A stretch of 64,000 nucleotides of DNA. Source: an uncultured Lachnospiraceae bacterium. GTDB taxonomy: Bacteria; Bacillota; Clostridia; Lachnospirales; Lachnospiraceae. Each line of letters begins with the position of its first letter. The first letter of the stretch is position 1. Location: the NCBI GenBank assembly GCA_937885345.1, contig CAKZZH010000132.1:350-64349 (forward strand), in the 5' to 3' direction. Below, piece by piece: positions 9,455-16,607 of the stretch. The position numbers were made by a program, and so were the translations under genes. The notes beneath the pieces were generated by a model. It had not been told where the DNA came from. It did no database searches and worked only from the letters and a program-made list of their open reading frames with translations.

Positions 9455-9480
9455 AAATATTCCGGTCATTCCGGTTTAAC
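9455..9480. repeat. left copy of the direct repeat bounding the AT-rich sugar cassette
   Basis: AAATATTCCGGT (9455-9466) equals 14514-14525 exactly. ATTCCGGTTTAAC (9468-9480) equals 14518-14530 exactly. This copy carries an internal 9-nt duplication (ATTCCGGTc/ATTCCGGTt). Confidence 0.85.
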
Positions 9481-9492
9481 AGTACAAATAAT

Positions 9493-10590
9493 TTACATTC
9501 TGCTTTCTAAGAATTCGTTTATTTGTTTATCGGTAACGTCTTTAATGTCAAGTCCTTTAAGAAAAGCGGCATTCCATTCTACAATCTTGTCCATTGCAGT
9601 ATTTATATTCCATACAGGTTTCCATCCAAAAACAGACTTTAATTTACTGCAATCCAATTTTAAAAATGTGGCCTCATGTGGTCCGCCATCATGTTTATTT
9701 ATCCAGCCTGCCTTAGGTAAATCCGCTGTGTTGGAATTCCACTTGTCACAAAAAAGTTGAACCAAATCGCCGGTGGTCAGGCAGTCAGTATCATCAGGTC
9801 CAACGTTATAACTTCCTGCCAGAGAAGTGTTTAAATATTGCTCTTTTGCAATCATTAAATACACTATAATCGGTTCTAATACATGCTGATATGGTCTGGT
9901 CGAAAAAGGATTGCGTACTGTTATCTTATTTCCTGATTGTATGGACCTGATACAATCAGGTATTATTCTGTCGTTTGCAAAATCCCCGCCTCCTATAACA
10001 TTTCCCGCCCGGCAAGTGCTTACGGCAGGTGCCGATAAGCCATATCTTTTTTCATATTCTTCATCGGTAAAAAAAGAGTGTATATAGCTGCTTGTTACTA
10101 ACTCGGAACAGGATTTTGAATTACTATATGGATCAAATCCATTTAGTTCTTCATTCTCGCGGTAGCCCCAATTCCATTCTTTGTTTAAGTAAACTTTGTC
10201 TGTGGTGACATTAATAAATGAGCGAACACTAGGTGTCTGTCTTACTGCTTCACATATATTAACCGTTCCCATCACATTTGTTTCATATGTGTATACCGGG
10301 TTTCTATATGAATCTCGTACAATCGGTTGGGCCGCCATATGGATTACAATTTCAGGTTTTACTTCGCCCATTAAATGTATAAGTTGATTTAAATCCCTAA
10401 TGTCACCGTTAATAGAGTTCATTTTAGAGGACAAATCCAACAACCCAAACAGATTGGGAGTAGTAGGTGCGGATAGTGCATAACCGGTTACATTTGCTCC
10501 GATATTCAACAAAACATTGCACATCCAAGACCCTTTAAACCCTGTGTGTCCGGTTATTAATACTTTTTTCCCTTTATAAAAATTTTTCAC
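9493..10590 (-). CDS. rfbG: CDP-glucose 4,6-dehydratase
   Basis: 365 aa. KKVLITGHTGFKGSW Rossmann motif and overall RfbG/DdhB-like sequence. GTG start with AGAGGTG RBS. Confidence 0.9.
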   Translation of the reverse strand: MKNFYKGKKVLITGHTGFKGSWMCNVLLNIGANVTGYALSAPTTPNLFGLLDLSSKMNSINGDIRDLNQLIHLMGEVKPEIVIHMAAQPIVRDSYRNPVYTYETNVMGTVNICEAVRQTPSVRSFINVTTDKVYLNKEWNWGYRENEELNGFDPYSNSKSCSELVTSSYIHSFFTDEEYEKRYGLSAPAVSTCRAGNVIGGGDFANDRIIPDCIRSIQSGNKITVRNPFSTRPYQHVLEPIIVYLMIAKEQYLNTSLAGSYNVGPDDTDCLTTGDLVQLFCDKWNSNTADLPKAGWINKHDGGPHEATFLKLDCSKLKSVFGWKPVWNINTAMDKIVEWNAAFLKGLDIKDVTDKQINEFLESRM

Positions 10591-10603
10591 TATTCACCTC
10601 TTA

Positions 10604-11965
10604 CTAACTGTTTTGAATTGCATCTATTATTGTTTTCCCCATATGGTCAAGCATTTTATCCGTCATTCCGGGGTATACTCCAACCCAAAATGTGTTATTC
10701 ATTATGAATTCAGTATTTTCAAGTTCACCAACAACGCGATAGGCATCTGTATCCCTAATTGGATCAAAGCATGGATGCTTTATATAATTCCCCGCAAAAA
10801 GTAGCCTTGTTTGTATGTTTCGCTCCTCTAGATAATGTGTTACTTCATCTCGTTTTATACCTGATTCCGGTTTTATTGATATTAAGAATCCAAACCAGCT
10901 GGGCTCAGAATTAATGGCAGCTTTAGGCAAAATTATTTTATCGATTATGCTGCTGTTATCAAGAATATCAAAAAGATATTTCCAATTATGGCGACGTTTC
11001 TCAATAAAAGATGGAAACTTTTTTAATTGTTCAACGCCTACAGCTGCCTGTAAATCAGTTACTTTAAGATTGTATCCAAAGTGACTATAGACATACTTAT
11101 GATCATAGCCTTTAGGTAATAACCCATATTGACCATCATATCTGTGCCCACAAAAATTGTCTCTTCCCGATGGACATATACAATCACGTCCCCAATCTCT
11201 GTACGAAAGAATCAACCTATGAAGCAAAGGATTATTCGTATACACGCAGCCCCCCTCTCCCATAGTCATATGATGTGGAGGATAAAATGATGACGTTCCA
11301 ATATCGCCCCATGTACCGGTAAATCTTGTTTCTCCATCTATCGTATATTTGGTACCGAGTGCATCACAGTTATCTTCGATAAGCCATAATCCATTCTTAT
11401 CGCAGAAAGTCTTAACTGACTTCAGATCAAAAGGATTGCCCAGTGTATGCGCAATCATTACAGCTTTTGTTTTTTTGCTAAGTGCGGCTTCAAGTAAACT
11501 TACATCTATGTTATACTGAGGCACGGTTACATCTACAAAAACGGGAATTGCCCCATACTGAATTACAGGTGTAACAGTAGTGGGGAATCCGGCCGCAACA
11601 GTAATAACTTCATCACCTTTTTTGATTTGCTTATCGCCAAGTTCCGGAGCGGTAAGTGACATAAAAGCAATTAAGTTAGCTGATGAACCTGAATTAACAA
11701 GGTGCGCATATTTTACACCAATCCATTTAGCAAACTCTCTCTCAAACTGATCGGCAAAACGTCCGGTAGTAAGCCAAAAATCCAGCACTGCATCTGTAAG
11801 AGATTGCATTTCTCTTTCATCATAGACTCTGCTGGCGTAACTGATTCTATCACCCGGTTTAAAGTCATCTTTAGATTCTTTTGGCTCTTTATATGTGTGA
11901 TAAAAATCTGCAACTAATGATTTGATTTCCTCTCTTGCTTCTTCTTCGTTTTGCCACCTTTTCAT
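10604..11965 (-). CDS. rfbH: CDP-6-deoxy-L-threo-D-glycero-4-hexulose-3-dehydrase (E1, RfbH/DdhC type)
   Basis: 453 aa, DegT-fold. SFYPPHHMTMGEGG has His where aminotransferases have the Schiff-base Lys. CICPSGRDNFC (C-x-C-x7-C) is the Fe-S motif expected for E1. Confidence 0.88.
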   Translation of the reverse strand: MKRWQNEEEAREEIKSLVADFYHTYKEPKESKDDFKPGDRISYASRVYDEREMQSLTDAVLDFWLTTGRFADQFEREFAKWIGVKYAHLVNSGSSANLIAFMSLTAPELGDKQIKKGDEVITVAAGFPTTVTPVIQYGAIPVFVDVTVPQYNIDVSLLEAALSKKTKAVMIAHTLGNPFDLKSVKTFCDKNGLWLIEDNCDALGTKYTIDGETRFTGTWGDIGTSSFYPPHHMTMGEGGCVYTNNPLLHRLILSYRDWGRDCICPSGRDNFCGHRYDGQYGLLPKGYDHKYVYSHFGYNLKVTDLQAAVGVEQLKKFPSFIEKRRHNWKYLFDILDNSSIIDKIILPKAAINSEPSWFGFLISIKPESGIKRDEVTHYLEERNIQTRLLFAGNYIKHPCFDPIRDTDAYRVVGELENTEFIMNNTFWVGVYPGMTDKMLDHMGKTIIDAIQNS

Positions 11966-12543
11966 ATCAATTCCTTTCCGTTACTCAATCTCATAGGGGC
12001 CCTCTCGTATTCGGCGAATGTCATAAGAGCCAAATCCCTCTCTGAGTGGATAGCTACATTTTCATCTATGGGCCACTTTATTCCGATTGTAGTATCATCA
12101 AACCGAATTCCCGTATCCGTTTCTTTGTCATATTTTCCATCACATTGGTACATCATCAAGGTATCATCTTCTAATGCAACAAATCCGTGAGCAAATCCTC
12201 TAGGAATATAAACCGCTTTATGATTTGATGCACTTAACTCAGTGGAAACCCATTTTCTATATGTTGGGCTGTATGGTCTTAAGTCTACAATGACATCCCA
12301 TGCTTTACCGGAAATAACCGTAACAAGCTTTGCTTGTGGGTTATTAATTTGAAAGTGTAAGCCCCTAATAACATTTTTTGCTGATTTAGAAATGAATGTT
12401 TCGTTTAATGAAAATTCAATCCCTGCCTCTAAAAAAATGTTTTTTTCAAATGATTTGGTAAAACCACCACGATTATCGTCTACAAAAAAGCAATCTATTA
12501 TATAAGCGTCCTTTAAACTAATTTTGTTAAATTTAAATTCCAT
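11962..12543 (-). CDS. RmlC-like sugar nucleotide 3,5- (or 5-) epimerase
   Basis: 193 aa cupin with RGLHFQ, the IPRGFAHGF motif and a Y..KYD.E.D segment. The ATGA overlap with rfbH suggests coupling. Confidence 0.8.
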   Translation of the reverse strand: MEFKFNKISLKDAYIIDCFFVDDNRGGFTKSFEKNIFLEAGIEFSLNETFISKSAKNVIRGLHFQINNPQAKLVTVISGKAWDVIVDLRPYSPTYRKWVSTELSASNHKAVYIPRGFAHGFVALEDDTLMMYQCDGKYDKETDTGIRFDDTTIGIKWPIDENVAIHSERDLALMTFAEYERAPMRLSNGKELI

Positions 12544-13462
12544 TATCGTTTTCCTTTTTTATCCAATCAATTGTCTTTCTTATTCCCTCAGAGAATGATA
12601 CCTGTGGTTCAAATCCTGTGTCGTTTTTTACAGCATATATATCAAATTCATTATATGATAGTGATATTCCGTTAAAGGGCAGTTCTCCAAGACCTATCTC
12701 TATCTGTGGATTCACACAGTTTCGCATCTCTATCAGGTAATTTTTTAACGATTGAGGGTTCAAACTTCCTATGTAGTATGTGCGATTGGTAATTCCTCGT
12801 TCTCCTATATAATAAAAAGCTTTTGCTGCATCAGTGATATATATAAAATCATATAATTGATCGCCGGAAGAAAATGAACAACGCTCTCCATTAAGAAGTT
12901 TTCTTAAACTCGTATTTATCAACCTAGGACTTAACTCACCCGCGCCATAAATATTTGAAATGACGCCACGAATATAATTTATGCCAAACGAAGCTGCTAT
13001 AGTTCTAGCCATATAATTCGCAGCTAATTTGGCACTACAATAAAGAGAGTTAATACCCGGTGAACTTTCTGTTTTCATTACAGCATCAATTTCGTATTCC
13101 ATGACACTAGATGCAAAAACAAATGTCTTACAACCGATTTGTGCACACGCTCTTACTGCATCACATAAGTATTTAATGTTTTTGATCTGTACATCTTCAT
13201 CAGCTCTTTTTGCCCCAGCGCTCCCCTCCCATGCAAAATGATAAAAAGCATCAGCCGTACGGGAATTTATCAAATCAGGCAAGGAAACATACTCCGACAA
13301 ATCGCATACTACTATATCCATAACTCCATATTCTTTGAGGAGTTTTGACCTTTCATCATTTTTTCGTACAACTGCGATTACATCCATTCCTTGATCAACG
13401 AGTTCCCTACATACTGCACTTCCAACAAATCCGGTTGCTCCTGTTACAATCGCCCTTTTCAC
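12533..13462 (-). CDS. NAD(P)-dependent SDR sugar 4-reductase/epimerase
   Basis: 309 aa. VTGATGFVGS Rossmann motif and YxxxK (YCSAKLAANY). GTG start. 11-nt overlap with the epimerase gene. Confidence 0.8.
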   Translation of the reverse strand: MKRAIVTGATGFVGSAVCRELVDQGMDVIAVVRKNDERSKLLKEYGVMDIVVCDLSEYVSLPDLINSRTADAFYHFAWEGSAGAKRADEDVQIKNIKYLCDAVRACAQIGCKTFVFASSVMEYEIDAVMKTESSPGINSLYCSAKLAANYMARTIAASFGINYIRGVISNIYGAGELSPRLINTSLRKLLNGERCSFSSGDQLYDFIYITDAAKAFYYIGERGITNRTYYIGSLNPQSLKNYLIEMRNCVNPQIEIGLGELPFNGISLSYNEFDIYAVKNDTGFEPQVSFSEGIRKTIDWIKKENDNGI

Positions 13463-13468
13463 CTGGAT

Positions 13469-14245
13469 TTACCCCCATACTTTCCATTCAGCTTTGTTTT
13501 CTCCCCAAAGTTTTTCTAATTTTTCTTTATCCCTAAGCGTATCCATACATTGCCAAAAGCCTTCGTGCTGATAAGACATCAATTGGCCTTTCTTAGCCAG
13601 ATTCCAAAGAGGTTCACGCTCAAAAATGGTGTCATCACCGGATATTTCATCAAAAATCTCCGGTTGAAATACCATAAATCCGCAGTTAATCCAATTGCCA
13701 TCATGAATGTTTTTTTCTCTGAATTCTAATACCTGTCCATCTACTATATCCAAATTTCCAAAACGGCTCTCCGGGCGAACAGAAGACATCGTACCGATTT
13801 TACCGTGTTTCTTATGGTATTCGACTAAAGTATTTATGTTGATATTTGACACACCATCACCATATGTCAACATAAATGGATTGTTCCCAATATATTTTTG
13901 TATACGTTTAATCCTTCCTCCGGTCATAGTATTCAATCCTGTGTCGACTATTGTAACTTTCCAAGCTTCTGTTTCATTGTCATGAACAGTAACCTTCCTG
14001 CCACCATCAACGAAATCATAGGTTAGATCACAATTGTGTAAAAAGTAATTATCAAAATATTCCTTGATAACATACTGCTTATATCCAGCACAAATGATAA
14101 ATTCATTATATCCATAGAAATAGTAATGCTTCATAATATGCCAAAGAATGGGTTTTCCACCTATTTCAATCATAGGCTTAGGTTTTAAAAAGGACTCCTC
14201 CGAAATACGAGTACCGAATCCACCTGCCAAGATAACGACTTTCAT
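13469..14245 (-). CDS. rfbF: glucose-1-phosphate cytidylyltransferase
   Basis: 258 aa. MKVVILAGGFGTRISEES..KPKPMIEIGGKPILWHIMK is the RfbF/DdhA signature. GGGAGG RBS. Confidence 0.92.
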   Translation of the reverse strand: MKVVILAGGFGTRISEESFLKPKPMIEIGGKPILWHIMKHYYFYGYNEFIICAGYKQYVIKEYFDNYFLHNCDLTYDFVDGGRKVTVHDNETEAWKVTIVDTGLNTMTGGRIKRIQKYIGNNPFMLTYGDGVSNININTLVEYHKKHGKIGTMSSVRPESRFGNLDIVDGQVLEFREKNIHDGNWINCGFMVFQPEIFDEISGDDTIFEREPLWNLAKKGQLMSYQHEGFWQCMDTLRDKEKLEKLWGENKAEWKVWG

Positions 14246-14446
14246 CTTATTTCCTCCCTATCTTTTGATTATAAGTTTGCTACTATCGATTAAAAATGCA
14301 TCTATCACTGCATTCGCTTTCTCTATCATTAATTTCAAAATTATTCATTACCGTATTGTGGATTTTTGAAGAATTGTCTATGCTTGTCCGTTACTGATTT
14401 GTATTTTGAGTTAGTACACCAGAAAACATACCTTCGTTTCCTAATA

Positions 14447-14475
14447 AATATACCCAATATGTACCTTCAAGTCAA
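14447..14475 (-). promoter_or_regulatory. candidate promoter of the sugar cassette
   Basis: Minus strand: TTGACT (14475-14470), 17-nt spacer, TATATT (14452-14447). About 200 nt upstream of rfbF. Confidence 0.5.
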
Positions 14476-14487
14476 GGATTTTGGTTA

Positions 14488-14513
14488 CTGGAGAGTAATC
14501 CTGGAGAGTAATC
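14488..14513. repeat. 13-bp tandem repeat x2 abutting the right direct repeat
   Basis: CTGGAGAGTAATC CTGGAGAGTAATC, immediately followed by AAATATTCCGGTTTAAC. Confidence 0.9.
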
Positions 14514-14530
14514 AAATATTCCGGTTTAAC
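14514..14530. repeat. right copy of the direct repeat bounding the cassette
   Basis: AAATATTCCGGTTTAAC. See the left copy at 9455-9480. Confidence 0.85.
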
Positions 14531-14574
14531 GGATTAAAAAAAGAACTGCTCATATGAGCAATCCTTTTAATAAG

Positions 14575-14645
14575 AGGCGAGTGCCGGATTTGAACCGGCG
14601 ATCAGGGTGTTGCAGACCCACGCCTTACCACTTGGCTAACTCGCC
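14575..14645 (-). tRNA. tRNA-Cys (GCA)
   Basis: Hand-folded cloverleaf. Acceptor stem GGCGAGT/ACTCGCC, anticodon loop CTGCAAC, T-arm GCCGG-TTCAAAT-CCGGC, discriminator U73. No encoded CCA. Confidence 0.9.
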
Positions 14646-14658
14646 CGACAGCTTTTAC

Positions 14659-14687
14659 ATTATAGCAAGGCACTTTATGCAAGTCAA
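14659..14687 (-). promoter_or_regulatory. tRNA-Cys promoter
   Basis: Minus strand: TTGACT (14687-14682), 17-nt spacer, TATAAT (14664-14659). The tRNA 5' end lies 13 nt downstream of the -10. Confidence 0.65.
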
Positions 14688-14688
14688 G

Positions 14689-14728
14689 GCTTTTTTGAGC
14701 GGCCATAAGCTTTTTTGAGCGGCCATAA
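14689..14728. repeat. 20-bp tandem duplication with phased A/T tracts
   Basis: GCTTTTTTGAGCGGCCATAA x2 (plus a GCTT start of a third copy). Lies directly upstream of the tRNA-Cys -35 and just after the cvpA-like stop. Confidence 0.9.
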
Positions 14729-14736
14729 GCTTATGA

Positions 14737-15399
14737 TCACAGGAACGCCATCACGATATTGTTATCATACAGAAATGTCAGGAAAGGACTGGCGGCGATT
14801 TCCGTAAGCACGCGCGCAGGAAAAGGCGACGATGCAAACGCTGTGACAAGCACCATAAGGAACCATATCACAAGTAATGAAAGCACAAGGCCGACCACAA
14901 GCCCCAGAAAACGGTTAACGACTTTGATCGCGGGTATTTTACTTACGCCGCGAAGTATCAGGGCGACAATTGTGATCGCCAGGCTTATCACCAGGAAAAC
15001 AGCAATGTATACAAGTGCATTAAATATAATATTGGTAACCGAGGTAACGATAAAAGAATTGTAGGATTCGGCGATTGTGGCAGTTGCGCTGTCTACCTGA
15101 AGCCGGAGTTTCTCTTTCATTCCGTCCGTAATGGGAAGATCGTCAAGATCGATCTGACTTGTCGAATCTTTGAGAAGCCCGAGTTCGCTTAGACTTCCCT
15201 GCGTTTTCTCTTCCACTGTCGTCTTCCAGTTGGTATTTGATTCAATAAAGGCGCTTGCCCTGGGCGCGAGCAGAACCGTTGCGACCATGATAACCGCAAT
15301 GGATACAAGGGATATTACCATATTGATAACGCCCCTGAAATATCCCAGCACGCCGAACAAAAGAATAATCCCGATTACTATAATCAGTGTAAGACTCAT
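14737..15399 (-). CDS. CvpA-family membrane protein
   Basis: 220 aa, multi-pass. N-terminus IIVIGIILLFGVLGYFRGVINMV resembles the colicin V production (CvpA) family. The ATG overlaps the upstream stop by 1 nt. Confidence 0.75.
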   Translation of the reverse strand: MSLTLIIVIGIILLFGVLGYFRGVINMVISLVSIAVIMVATVLLAPRASAFIESNTNWKTTVEEKTQGSLSELGLLKDSTSQIDLDDLPITDGMKEKLRLQVDSATATIAESYNSFIVTSVTNIIFNALVYIAVFLVISLAITIVALILRGVSKIPAIKVVNRFLGLVVGLVLSLLVIWFLMVLVTAFASSPFPARVLTEIAASPFLTFLYDNNIVMAFL

Positions 15400-16589
15400 T
15401 ATTTAAGCTTGATCCTTTCTATCAGTGAAGGTGATGCATGCACATAATATTTGTCGCCGCTTTGAATGTCAAACGCTACGACATCGTCATCAAAAGTATA
15501 CTCAAACACGGTATCTGCGGCCATATTAAGCATTTTAACGTCACTGTCGGCATACATATAGATATAGCTGTCCGTAAATCCGTAATGATCATACAAAAAG
15601 TCCGTCTCGTACTTCATTTCCTGCTGCCCTTTGGCATCGTACACCCTGATCACATAGTCGCCATCCTCGGGCATCGTCACAATACCGATATACTTGTCCG
15701 AATAAAATATCCTGTTGACCCTGTCCTCAAAATCAATCGTCTTAATCTCGGCAACATTTCTGCCGACACTGTATAATCTGAGCTGATTCTCGGATATTGA
15801 TGCAGCCACGGCATCATTTATAAAATACACCGCCGGCACCAGCGCATCCGACGCAAAACCGCCGATAAGTTTCTGATTTACATCCTGCCCCGCACTTCCG
15901 AAATTGTAGAACACCACGCTTGAAGCAAGCTTGGTACCCTCGATGGTTACATACGAAACCATCATATAATCACCATCTTCGGAAATATCGATATTAATGG
16001 GTGTACCGGTCTGTGAAAGTACGACTTTGATATCGCTGACAGTGTTCCCCTCTTTGTCGAACATACGGATATAATCCGCCGTCGAATCCTCAAGAATTAC
16101 CGCAGCCACACCGTTCGCGCTCACAACACCTTTAAGGATCGGAAGATTGGTACGGATCGATTTGCTGAAGCCGTCCACACCGACTATATACATATTCAGC
16201 CCGCCCTTATCATATGCAATAAAATAATTACCGCACATGTCCACAGCCGGCTCGGATATTTCAAAAGTAACATCCCACAAAGCATTACATGCGTTGTCAT
16301 ATGCAGAAGCGCCGTCACGGGTTATTTTAACGAAGCCGTCTCCAAATGAACGGATCACACTCTGACTGTCGGATGACAAAGTAATATGTCCGAGGGAAGT
16401 ATATCCGCTAAATGAACTCTTGCGGGTAACCATAACCACGATAAGGACCGTGACAGCAAGAACAAGGATCACGATCAATATAGCATAACCGGTATGCTTT
16501 CTATGATTCCTGATCCTTGTATCATAATTGTCATCAGCCGTATCTTCAGGCTCTGTTTGATTTCTAATGTTGCGTTTTATATCAGACAA
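15399..16589 (-). CDS. TM-anchored extracytoplasmic protein, unknown function
   Basis: 396 aa. Short charged N-terminus, one TM helix (YAILIVILVLAVTVLIVVMV), then about 330 aa of beta-rich sequence. TTG start with AGGAG RBS. Confidence 0.6.
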   Translation of the reverse strand: MSDIKRNIRNQTEPEDTADDNYDTRIRNHRKHTGYAILIVILVLAVTVLIVVMVTRKSSFSGYTSLGHITLSSDSQSVIRSFGDGFVKITRDGASAYDNACNALWDVTFEISEPAVDMCGNYFIAYDKGGLNMYIVGVDGFSKSIRTNLPILKGVVSANGVAAVILEDSTADYIRMFDKEGNTVSDIKVVLSQTGTPINIDISEDGDYMMVSYVTIEGTKLASSVVFYNFGSAGQDVNQKLIGGFASDALVPAVYFINDAVAASISENQLRLYSVGRNVAEIKTIDFEDRVNRIFYSDKYIGIVTMPEDGDYVIRVYDAKGQQEMKYETDFLYDHYGFTDSYIYMYADSDVKMLNMAADTVFEYTFDDDVVAFDIQSGDKYYVHASPSLIERIKLK

Positions 16590-16607
16590 GCAAATTCCAC
16601 TCCTGCT

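Larger units (their letters stand above)
9455..14530. mobile_element. putative horizontally acquired gene cassette (no recombinase present)
   Basis: Bounded by the 13-17 bp direct repeat. Hand-counted 60-nt lines give about 32-35% G+C inside and about 43-58% outside. Has its own promoter and five compact genes, and sits next to tRNA-Cys. Confidence 0.45.

Noticed and set aside
14468-14689. 10-nt direct repeat CAAGTCAAGG flanking tRNA-Cys (14468-14477 and 14680-14689), considered as att-like duplication.
   Set aside because: On the minus strand both copies read ccTTGACTtg and sit 17 nt upstream of good -10 boxes (TATATT, TATAAT). They are therefore two promoter -35 regions, not insertion scars.
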